Translations under genes and position numbers: made by a program
Shown here: positions 23,348-38,028 of the stretch, piece by piece
Position numbering within the stretch: the stretch's first letter is position 1
How the letters are laid out: each line of letters begins with the position of its first letter
The notes under the pieces: model-generated
Databases searched by the model: none
Told to the model about the DNA's origin: nothing
The model's input: only the letters and a program-made list of their open reading frames with translations
Source of the DNA: Amoebidium appalachense
Lineage: Eukaryota; Protista; Ichthyosporea
DNA length: 64,000 nucleotides
Direction: 5' to 3'
Assembly: GCA_963693365.1 (NCBI GenBank)
Contig: CAVNZM010000003.1
Coordinates: 14,044,914 to 14,108,913, forward strand

Positions 23348-24118
23348 ACACACACACACTGATGCACACCCACCCACACACCCACCTGCACCCTTCCATG
23401 CCCATCCACTCACCCACCCATTCACTTATCTACCCGCACACAAACACCCCCATCCATCCACACTTCATCACCTACCGGCCAGAAGAATGGACCCGCCTGC
23501 CCAGCAGGCACCACAGACACCCATATGTAATGTGAGGGCATGTTTGTCTCCTTCCCCCCCGCTGCCGTTTTGTCAGCCACCAAAACCCCAGACTTCACAG
23601 AGTCAGTTTCTTGCTGCTTGGCTTCCGCCTTAACCGAAAGGTGGCCAGTGAGAAGCGCGGCAACTTCATCTTGTTGGTTGTTGCGTGCAAAGTCCTGGGA
23701 GAAGGGGGAGAAAAAAATGGCAGGTCAATGGGGGTTTCTTGGTATGGTTCCGAGACCGTTCGGACTCTAAATAGATTTCCGCATTGTGATTGGCGTGATG
23801 CGCAGCAAACATCATTTTGGTCATACCGAGAGGCCCCATAAATCAGCCCAAAAGAAACCCGCTTTAGCATAGGGAAGAAAGCTGAAGATAAAGAGTTTTC
23901 TATTCTAGCTAGTGTATACATTGAAAAGGTTTAATCGTAATAGAAGGAGAGCAGACAACATGTTGTGAGCATTTCTTGGTAACTACTGTCAGAGACTTCG
24001 AGGAGTGAGTACGGGTTGGTGGTTTGAAAAGTGGCGATCAGAAAGATCTCGCGGTGTTTCGCAGATCTTGTCGAAAGGGAGAAGCTGATGCAACAAAACA
24101 AGTTGCCTAGACTAACCG

Positions 24119-24156
<38 letters not shown>

Positions 24157-25011
24157 GGCTGCGGGCACACACGTGCACGCTCTCTCGTAAGCACGCAAAT
24201 CAACAGTACACATGTACAAGACGAACTTGCACCCCATCCACCCCATCTCCATACACAACTGTCCATAGATCCCAACGAGAACAATATGTGGGGACCTTAC
24301 CAGTGGTGTCAACCCCTTTGCATTTGTCAGTGTAGAATCAGCGCCCCCTTCCAGAAGTGCACGCGCAACATCCACATAGCCATGCAGGGCAGCATAGTGA
24401 AGAGGGGTCAGCCCATGTTTCGTGCGACAGTTTGGGTTGCATCCCTCCGTTTTCAACAAACGAGAAACGGTGCTGAGACGACCTTTAGCGCTTGCACTCA
24501 GCAGATCTTTATCCAAAACGGCTTGGGCACGCTGCAAACTTTGTGTTTCCATAACGCTCTCACGCAGTTTTCCCTTGAATCCCTGTTCCCTTCTACCTGA
24601 AGCACTACCAACAACAGCTGCTCCGGGTGCTGGAAGAGTAGCGCTGACTCCATATGGAATCGCATCTGCTTCACTTTTGCTTCTGTTGATGTTTTCTTGA
24701 TCGTTCTGCACAAGAGTGCAGAGATCATTCGCCGAGCGGCGACGTGAAATGACTGCAGGGGATGTCGCCCACCAGGCCTCTGTGTGATCACCACTTACCC
24801 TCCCGGAGGTATTAGGTGCGTGGCTGCTTGAAGCTCTAACATCTGCATATGAACGTGTTGCTTTCAAATCTTTCGTGGTGTCTGTGGGTGAGCGCACAGC
24901 CCATCGTTTCGCTACTGGGGACACGCTCGCTTGTCTGACTGTGAGTGCTTTTGGAAGGCGAAGAACGGGCCCCGTGCTAGCGGGAAACTGCGTGAGAATG
25001 GTGGTAGACAT
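22112..25011 (-). CDS. Ankyrin-repeat + PX-domain protein (~411 aa), 4 exons
   Basis: Exons 25011-24301, 23694-23476, 23064-22867 and 22219-22112, all phase 0, GT-AG. Ankyrin motifs GLTPLHYAALHGYVDVARALLEGGAD and GLTPL|DFARNNQQDEVAALL. PX motifs VKRRFSDFHWL..QPHKVF and VEERAQLFQRLL..IIDFM. Confidence 0.88.
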
Positions 25012-26607
25012 TCTCAGATGTGTCCCGACGCACCGTGTAGAACGGTGTTCGCGTGTGTGTGCTTGTGAATTCGTGTGTCTCTGTGTGTGCGCACGAGTGT
25101 GTGTGCGTGTGCGTGGTGAAAATACAGCTGTGCAGATAACCTATAAGGGTGCAACGCTGAAGTAACTGCTACGTGCACGTTTAAGATTCTTCCCCAAATC
25201 TGCTTTTGTGTTGGGCAGTGGGTTGTGTTACCACAACCCTACACTAAGGCCCACCCCACACTAAAAAACGGCTTGTATACTCATAATTCGTTACCTCTCA
25301 CAAATACCCTTCCTTTTGGGTTATGAAGGGTGTTACTACATCTAATCACTCTCATCTTTGCGTGGAAAACCACGTTATTTCTATCTCATGTTAGGTGCAA
25401 ACGTGTTTGGGCGAAGGAGTCTCAAAAAAGAAGGAACAGTAAGTGCAGGGTTACAAATGTTCGGCTGCATTGAGGCTCCAGATCCGGATTATATGCCGGG
25501 CATTTCCGTTTGTTCCAATTTCAAAATTCTTCTTTCGGTCAAAGCTTTGATCGCCTTTCCCTCTCTTACATACCCCTAAAATAATGAAAGAAGAAATTAT
25601 AAAATTGAAATGGACATTTTCTAAGATAGAGAAAAAAATCACAGTCTTTTATTTTTGGGGAGTTGCCCGAGACGATGGTGACAGTCAGGTGATCAGGTGC
25701 TTTTTTTTATAACCCTATCTCCTGAACGATTTCCCCAACTCAAATTCACACATTTATTACCCTGAACAGGAAGCAATGTTATTGGATTACATCGTGTGTC
25801 GTCATTACCAGCTGCAAGAGGTGTGGCATAGCCGCAATGTAGCGTGTTGAAACGCATGAAAAAGCAAATCATTGTGGCTACGTAAAGATACCAAATAACA
25901 ATCTATTACCGGCCCTTGAACTTTTACCCAAGCATATTAAAAATTTCAAAATGCGCGTTGAAGCCAAGAGGGGGCTCCGTGAGACTACGCAACTGTCGCA
26001 TTCATGCCGCAGCCTGATATGACACCAATTGGTAACCTACATTTTATAAATCCACCATCTACGCCAATGAAAAGCAGCAAAGCATGGACTGTTTATTTCA
26101 GTCTGGCATGCTTTTTGCCGCAACCTTCAAAAGCCATGCAAATTAACGATATCGATACCACAATCATACAAAGGTTCCTGATCATGAAATGCAAAATTTC
26201 CAAGACAATCTATGCACAAATAGACTTTCTTTAATGTATTAAGCTTTATATTCTAAGATAGTTTTTAAGTTTTGTTCTATTAGTCTACTTTAAATCTACA
26301 AACAGAGAAAAAATGAAAACAGCCGTTCTCATTGTTCAGTGATAGCGATCATGAAAATAATTTGCAGCGTTTGTCCAATCACAGATGGCTCTTGCACAAC
26401 GGTATGTGATGACAGTCGCCGCGTGGCGTGTCGCACGCCCCCCGACATACCAAACCCTTTCTACCTTAAGTTTATAAGGCTTTATTTCCATGACTGGATA
26501 AAACCAATTTTTTTTCTTAAACTTATATTTTTTAACCATGCGCGAGCTGTAAATCAATAATTATCTACCTCTGACGATATACTCGTCAACGTTGATTCTC
26601 GTACTCT

Positions 26608-27579
26608 GGTCGGCTGCATACAGGGCTAAAGGGGCATAAATTATGCCCTTTTAGCCCTGACGATCTATCAGATCGATCGATGCGATTGGTGGATCTGTCA
26701 ATCGTCATCAATATAAATCGTTCATTTAGCCCTGAATCACGTGCACCAGCGGTTTAGAAACTTTAGAGGAGGGGGACGGGGGTCCGTCTAAACGCATTCA
26801 ATCAGTTGGAATAGTCCTAGATATTTGATTGGCTTTCGGATTTAGATCTTATATCGCGGTCTGCTATAGCCAATTGCGGCGAATCATCATGAATTTGTTC
26901 AATTTAGCTGGAGCGTATTGAAAGGCTATCCGGGCTATCGGGGCATAAATTGGCCGCGTTTCCATTGGGGATCGCGAATGCGATACCTGCCATTTTTGGC
27001 GAAGACTATCGCAATTCGCGAGTGATCGTCAAAAAATTGGTGCCATGTTTCCATTAAGTCGCGTTTCACGATGGATTTCCATTTTTTGGCTAATGAAAGA
27101 ATGCGAGACCCTCGCGAAATTAGGGACCCGCAAAAAGGGCCTTCGCGAATTGCCCCACCCCTCGGAAGTTCGGGAATCGGCGGTGGCGCAATTCCGGAAC
27201 CTGTCCTGCCTCAGGCATTAAAACGTCACTTTTTTTCCCCCCCTTCCACAACCGCGCGGACACTAACATACTTCTAATACAATCCACACCACTTGTAGCT
27301 CTAGTTGCGTGTAGAAAGCGGGGTTTAGCAAATCATTACCGACCAGTTTTTTGCAGTTTTTGACGTGTTTGGCAGTTCGTTGCACACGTTGTTTTTGCAT
27401 CAATATGATTTCCCGCCCAAAAACGCGAGGTTACGGCCAAAAAGGCCAATGTGAACCACCATCGCAAAAGTCTCGCTATCCCAGGAATTTTGACCCTCGC
27501 GACCCGCGAGACCAGTCGCATTCGCGATTTTTATTGGAAACGCGGCCATTATGCCCCTTAACCCTGTATGCATCCGACC
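26608..27579. mobile_element. MITE with 3-bp TSD (PIF/Harbinger-group-like), host of a nested MITE
   Basis: TIR GGTCGGCTGCATACAGGG / CCCTGTATGCATCCGACC and TSD TCT. The subterminal palindrome GGGGCATAAATTATGCCC is present near both ends. Confidence 0.75.
26952..27547. mobile_element. Nested PIF/Harbinger-group MITE (596 bp)
   Basis: TIR GGCCGCGTTTCCA / TGGAAACGCGGCC, TSD ATT. Removing it restores the host palindrome. Confidence 0.88.
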
Positions 27580-27639
27580 TCTGAATACTACTCTCGTTCA
27601 GATCGATAAAGCATATGGAAATAATGGAATCATATTAAA

Positions 27640-30626
<2,987 letters not shown>

Positions 30627-31156
30627 AAAGAAAGTTAAGACACCGGATCACAATATCATACTGTGCAGCATTAATAAGGTGATCTAGGAACAGATAGTCA
30701 TCTTAAAACGGATATATTGAGGAAGAGAGGAAGAAAAGAGAATAAATCCGCCAATAACCTCCGGTTCTAATACGTTAGCTAACAGGTTGCACTTATTGAT
30801 AGATATGCAGCCGCGAGTAAACCGCCCCCCCACACATATTACACATACGAGCAGGAGACACCAGAAACCGATTACACCGCAAAGCCATAATCATCTTTGC
30901 GTTTCATATTATGGATCATGGTCCCAGATCCGATTGGTCACCAGCTCCAGAGAATTACGTGCACCCTTATCCAATCATCGGTTTCCTTGTTACTACATGT
31001 AATGAGGACCGGCGACTGCCGGGCCGATCTGGCCCGAACCGGATCAGGATGACCCGGTCTGAGGGCGCGTGAGCCTGTGGCTCACGCTCATCAGAATGAT
31101 ATCCGACGACGCCTGAATAAAGACGTCATTCCCCTGTGTAGGGAACAACGGTCAGA

Positions 31157-31262
31157 TGTTGGAATACGTCACCATGTATGACAGCAAGAGCCTTGAAGTA
31201 TGTATGTGTCCTAGCTTGTTTGTATTCGTGTCTGCTTTCCTTCTTTGTGCTCTCCCTCTCTC

Positions 31263-31348
<86 letters not shown>

Positions 31349-34300
31349 TATCTCTCTCTCCCTTGTTTCTGTGGGCACAGATATCTGTAGATCTGTGCAC
31401 ACCTGGCTCTCTTGCCTGATAAGAACTTATTGTATTTTATTTCTGTTTGCTCTCCTCTGTTTATCTGAGAGGTAGCGTGATTGGCTAGCCTCACTCGTTG
31501 TCTTTCCTTTATTTCAAAATGGCCTAGTTTTGTTCTCAAAAGGATGGCTCGCCAATAGTCGCGAGCGAGTACATCTGTAGATTGTGTTGTGCATTCCTGT
31601 GTGTTAATATATGTGTGTTGTGATTGGACAATAGATATATATGGAATTCGGTTTATTGCAAAGTGTCTTCACTTTGAGAGTGTCGACTATTGGGAAATAT
31701 ATGTATTTGAATAAGTTTCTTTATAGAGACGAACATAAATATATATGTGAGTTAATAGTGACTAGATGTATAATTACTTAATTTATTTAAGTAAGAGTTT
31801 CTACACTTTAGTTTAATCGGAAGTTGGAATGCGTATGCTCTGTCGGAATGTGTTTTTCTATCTTCTGATAGAACCGATTGGTTCTCCCTCTTTAGTTGTG
31901 ATAAGGTGATAAGTCGCAAGTACAAAAGGAACCGAGAGCACAATAAAGATTCAGTTGTTGTTTGAAATCTTTCAATGTCTCGTGAACAACTCCGATTGCC
32001 CTCTCATTAATTTGTTAGTCGTGTTTTTACATGACACCTCTGTGCACTCTCGCAACCTTATACCTGTCCCAACAACAGGTTATGGGCCCAGTTTTTCGCA
32101 CCCTCTCGCAACACACTAGCAATCGTTAAATTCCTGGTACACATCATAGCTGTGGTCAGCTCCTCATGCACCTCATCTAATGGTCACTTGCGTGTTAACG
32201 TTGAGTACCTATTCCGTGAATTGACGCCGCCCCCCTTCCTCTTGGTGCTGAGGCCGTGTACATCTCTCCCTGGCGTCCCCTAAACCCGTCTGTGCTTTTC
32301 TGCACATTCCGTCTCTGGCACTTCCCGCCGTCACCTAGCCTCTGCTCCTCCCGCGACCGGCCGTAACCGGTCCTCCGTCACTCCCCTTGACAAGATCTGA
32401 CTCATCTTGACAAGAGCTTCTGTCATGCCTTGACAATCGTGCCATCCTTGCAAGTTTCAGCTTGCCCTCATTCCAGTTCCGTCCTGGTTCCTCTCCGTCA
32501 CGTCAAACCTTCCTCCACCCTTGGTTCTGCCGTCGCGCTCCAAGTTCTTCTTTGACACTTCATGACGTGTCCCCCTGTCCCGACGTGGTCTTCACCGCGC
32601 CGCCCTGTCTGCCCCGGAGGCTCCCATTCCATAACATCGAAATCCCAATCACTCGTCAAATTTCAAACCCCGGCTCCATTCCGATCGACGATCATTTGAC
32701 ACCCCGTCTCGATCCGACTTGACTATCCTCCCTCAAGTCCATCTGAAGTACCCAAATTCGGTACTTCTTTCCAGTCTCCCGTGTTCAACACAGTCCAAGC
32801 ACTTTGTGCTTTCCTACTCCATAGGAGTCCCGGCCCCGAGTCCCTGCCAGAACCGTTTACCATGTCGTCCAACATGCTCCCTTCCAGGATTTCCAACCCT
32901 GTTCCCACCACCGTGCCGTCACTGTCGCCGGACCCCTCACATTCCATGGATCTGCCCCGCATTCCGGCAGCAGTTTCCTCCGATCACGTGGCCAGCCTCG
33001 TCGAGCTCTCAGCTCCCCCAAACCCTGCACGGGCCCCAGTTACCCCTGCAGCTGTTTCCCCCCGTTACCCCCCCGACCCCGGCAAGCAACACGTGCTGCC
33101 AGGTCCGGCCGTTCCCATCCACGTTTCTAGCCAGCCTACCGTGCTGCCTGCCCCCGTTTCCGAAGCCCCTGTCTTTGACGAATCACAATTCACCACGGCA
33201 TCCAATCAGATTTCTGTGCTGACCACCAATCAGCCGACTTCAATCGATCCATCACTGCCGTCCCTGGATCCTCACTCCGATGACGATGAGATTCAGTCAG
33301 TGATTCTCCGTCGTTCCCCCCGTCGTGTGCCTGCCCCCGTGGGTCCACCCACCCACCCCCCCACCGGCCAGCAACCCCTGCTGCCGGCCCCTGCCGTCAA
33401 TGACCACGTACCTGGTCATCTAACCCCGGTTCGTCCTGGGTCTCCGGAGTTCCACTCGGCCCTGTCCAGCCCCGTGTCATCCGACTCCCCCCTCAACACG
33501 GCACCCATCCCCGCCATCCAGGCTCCCATCCCCGAACCCCGAGTGTCTGTCCCAGACACTCCCCCGGCCCCTGAGCCCCTCCATCCCGTCCCCCGTCGTT
33601 ACTTCTACACCAAGGACTACATCAACAGTGGGGACGTCACTGTCACCTACATCGACACCAAGAAGAACCTGGCCGACATCTTCACCAAGCCTCTGGCTGG
33701 TCCGGCCCACGACACACACCGTGCCAACCACAGTCTCCGTGACTGCCCCGTGCACTGGTGTTCATCATCGAGTGGTTTCTGAGTAGGTTGGGGCCCTGGA
33801 CAGCAGTTGACACCCCTACAGTGATCAAGATGCCTCCCAACGAAAGTCTACTACTCCTCATCGTTTCTCTTCATCAGTGGGGACTCAGTCTTCCATCGTC
33901 ATATGTGTGCATCTTCAGTGGGGATTATTCTCCCCCATCCGTCGTTTATTTATATTCATATCCCACCATATATATTGGTTTTCTTCTATATTCGACTTAT
34001 ATATATGTCGAACTGGGATGGCGTCCCAGTATAAATAATTATCTATAGCCATGACGTGCTGGTTGACTGCCAGTCTAAACCTAGTCCACGGGATGCACCT
34101 TCCCCGTGTCTTAACTGGTTGACCACCAGTCTATAAATCAGTCCACAAGATGTTCATGCCTTGTGTTTACCTGGGTGGTCCCCAGTATAAACCATTAGCC
34201 ACCAACACGTCACACATACACTAGTGTTTCCTATATATATATATATATATCGCCGATAACCACCATGATTTCTTATTTCGAGTCTTCAGAGGCAACCGTC

Positions 34301-34559
34301 GTTGTGTGCCTCTTCAGTTTTGATTCTCTCCTTCCCACCTCAAGGATCTTCGGTTTGCATCCTCGAGTGGGGAAACTTGAGTGTGACGGCCCCTCCTGTG
34401 TTTGGACCTCATCTACCGTCACATCAACAGACACGAGAACACAAACTTCAACCCCTTGAGTGGGGATGTTGGAATACGTCACCATGTATGACAGCAAGAG
34501 CCTTGAAGTATGTATGTGTCCTAGCTTGTTTGTATTCGTGTCTGCTTTCCTTCTTTGTG

Positions 34560-34604
<45 letters not shown>

Positions 34605-35373
34605 TCTCTCTCTCTCTCCCCCCCCCCCCCCCCCCCCCGTATCTCTCTCCCCCTTGTTTCTGTGGGCACAGATATCTGTAGATCTGTGCACACCTGGCTC
34701 TCTTGCCTGATAAGAACTTATTGTATTTTATTTCTGTTTGCTCTCCTCTGTTTATCTGAGAGGTAGCGTGATTGGCTAGCCTCACTCGTTGTCTTTCCTT
34801 TATTTCAAAATGGCCTAGTTTTGTTCTCAAAAGGATGGCTCGCCAATAGTCGCGAGCGAGTACATCTGTAGATTGTGTTGTGCATTCCTGTCTGTTAATA
34901 TATGTGTGTTGTGATTGGACAATAGATATATATGGAATTCGGTTTATTGCAAAGTGTCTTCACTTTGAGAGTGTCGACTATTGGGAAATATATGTATTTG
35001 AATAAGTTTCTTTATAGAGACGAACATAAATATATATGTGAGTTAATAGTGACTAGATGTATAATTACTTAATTTATTTAAGTAAGAGTTTCTACACTTT
35101 AGTTTAATCGGAAGTTGGAATGCGTATGCTCTGTCGGAATGTGTTTTTCTATCTTCTGATAGAACCGATTGGTTCTCCCTCTTTAGTTGTGATAAGGTGA
35201 TAAGTCGCAAGTACAAAAGGAACCGAGAGCACAATAAAGAATCAGTTGTTGTTTGAAACTTTATCTTTCAATGTCTCGTGAACAACTCCGATTGCCCTCT
35301 CATTAATGTGTTAGTCGTGTTTTTACATGACACCTCTGTGCACTCTCGCAACCTTATACCTGTCCCAACAACA
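31157..35373 (+). mobile_element. Non-autonomous Ty1/copia LTR element nested in the Gypsy 5' LTR
   Basis: LTRs 31157-32077 and 34467-35373 (TGTT..AACA) with 5-bp TSD TCAGA. PBS GGTTATGGGCCCAG (32078-32091), PPT GAGTGGGGA. Confidence 0.95.
32781..33782 (+). pseudogene. Remnant copia pol ORF: Pro-rich linker fused to the RNase H C-terminus
   Basis: YIDTKKNLADIFTKPL is the copia RNase H terminal motif. No gag, protease, integrase or RT motifs are recognisable. Confidence 0.8.
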
Positions 35374-35637
35374 TCAGATCCTGTAGTAGAAGTCTCGTCC
35401 TTCTTTACATGGTAGCAGAGATACAGTGCCGTTAAGAACTACACACGCTCCTAGCTAGGATATACGCATACATACACCCAGACTTTTTAGTCCAACACGC
35501 TTCCCATCACCTCTGCTACCAACCACCACACAACTTTTCCAGTTTTTCGCCGTTTTTCGCGCGTTTACCACTTTACGTTGTGTGTGGGTTTCTACCTGCA
35601 GATACAGTTCTTTTTGTCGAACCGTCTCCCCCTTAGC

Positions 35638-37992
35638 ATGGCTGACACTCGCTCGCCTGGATGGTCACGTCACAGGAGGTAAGGTAAATGCTACTACCAC
35701 ACAAGATGCACGGTTTGGGGCTCAGCTCCCATTCCTGCAACAGCTTGCCGCTAATATCTCAGGCACAGCTGCAGAAGACACTCGTATCCCTAAGAGTGCC
35801 CCACACATGCTCGATACCCTTGGGCCGGGCGTGTGGGTTGGTGGTCGGTTTATCTCTACCGACGACTTCACGGTGGCGGCTGCCCAGCATGGCTGGCAGC
35901 CTCCCCGCCAAGAGGCCAACGCCCCTGCTAAATGCCAGGGTGTGTGCGGTGGTCCCGCTCACAAGGGTCCTTGCCACCATTGCTCCAACTGTGGCAAAAT
36001 TTAATACCATGATCCCTTGGTGTGCCCGGCCGCTGTGGCTTCTCGTTTTCAGCGCATGCCTTATGACACGCGCCAGGCTATTGCCAAAGTGCTGGGCAAG
36101 AACCCGGCACTGCTGACAATCGCTAACCAGCAAGCTACCGGCGGTCACCAGGCCGCGGGTAAGGGAGGCCGTGGGGGCAACCCCCGCGGCCGTGGTGGCC
36201 GGCGTGGCGGAGCCGGGAAGCCGGGCGGACAACCAGTCGCTCCAGTTCTCCCCGCCCCTGCCCAGGCTACCCCCACCTACTTGCAGGGTCCAGACGGCAA
36301 CTTCTACGCTGTCATGCCCATGGGACCCGTCCCCAACGGATTCCAAGCCCTGCCTGGCAGCGCGAACCCCACTGGTAAGTCGCTTCCTCTTACTCGTGAG
36401 GTTTCTTATGTGTCTGTTACCTCTACACATCCCGCTCCGGACTGTCAGAGTATTGTGCAACCAGCCGTCTCTGCCAGCACCACCATCACGGATATGCAAC
36501 CAGCTGTTTGTGGTGGCATTGCGGGTCGTGTAGTGGCAGCTATCACATTTGCTGACGCTGCGAAAGGCAAGGGTCCTATCTACTATACCAACACTGTCCC
36601 CACCTCTCATGGACACCCACCTCTTGGTATAGCCACAACTATCGGTGGTACATGGCGTAGTACGCAGAAACGTAAGGAACCACACATCCCTGCGAAAATT
36701 ATGCGGGCCGTCCTGGCAACTAAAGAAGGCAAGCTGTCCCTACCACTTACTCGGGTGCACTCTAAGACGACTACACTGGCCTCTGGGCCCACCACAGCCC
36801 CACCCCCTGTTGTGGTGGTGACCCCAGCGGAGGAGCTGAGAGAGGGTGTATGTGGCTCTGTTCCTTTGTCGTCTCCGGTCATGGATATTGATATCACACG
36901 ACCACTTGGTCCCGCAGACCACCCCACTGCCATCACCTTGGAAGCAGGTGTAAATGGGTGTATTATGTCTATGCTCGTCGATCTGGGTTCTTTTGCTACA
37001 CTCATGCAAACATCCCGGGCCCACAGAATAAGCGGAGGTACCAGTGGACTCCGTCAAGAAGCCTTCCGAGCATCCAGCGCTGGAGGAGACTCTCTACACT
37101 ACCGCGGCACTATCTCCGCCGCCATCACTTTAAAGGATATGCATAGTAACACCACCTTACGTGTGCAAACCGGAGTCTCTCTCATTGACAATTCCTCGCT
37201 GTTGGTTTTATATTGGGCACTGATTTCTTTATTCGCCTGAAGAACCGCGGTGTGAAAATGACTATGAACGACTACAATACTCTCACGTTTGTGTACATGC
37301 AGCAGTCCGTGACTGTCCCGCTGCATCACGCCCGTGCACCCAGCAGGGTAGCCGGTGTCTGTCTGTATCATAATAGACAGGACAGTCTCCATGACCTTTT
37401 CGGTCCCAGTGCCGTGTGTCTGTGTACATGTGTGGCAGCACCAGCTCCCCCTCCCCCCCTCCCCCCTCCCCCCTCTCCCCCAACCCTCCCTCTCCCTCCC
37501 CCTCCTCCCCCTCCCCCTCCGCCCCCCTCCCCCCTGCTGGCTCTGCTGCCCCATGCACTCCCAACAACACCGCACACCCCCCTGTGCACCCGGACGCATC
37601 GCTTCCGTCCCCCCCCCGCACCGGCCCCCAATCAAACATCCTCGGCCCAGATCCCCCCCCAGCGCACTCCACGACGCACATACTGGGCACGGGTGAGAGA
37701 GACAGTCGTCATCCCCCCGCGTACAGAATATACCCTCCCTCTGTACCTGGAAACACCCCCTGATCTCATAGGGAGAAATGCTATACTGTACCCAGCACCT
37801 TTCATACGCAATATTGCACAAAGTCATACAACTATGCTGGCGTACACCTACATAGATTTACCTAAAGATCAAAAGGCCACTATGATGGTCATGAATCCCC
37901 ATCGCTGGCCCATCCGGCTGTATCGTCACACAAAAGTGGCTACATATGACCCCTATTATTGTGACGACACTACTGTGTACACTGTGACATGA
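35638..37992 (+). pseudogene. Gypsy gag remnant and aspartic protease region, frameshifted
   Basis: Zinc-knuckle-like CSNCGK/..HDPLVC is split by a frameshift near 36000. Protease motif MLVDLGSFATL and (IL)GTDFF follow a frameshift near 37210. In-frame TGA at 37990-37992. Confidence 0.7.
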
Positions 37993-38028
37993 GAAGACTT
38001 TGAGCAAGGCTCTGGCCTCCTCGATGAC

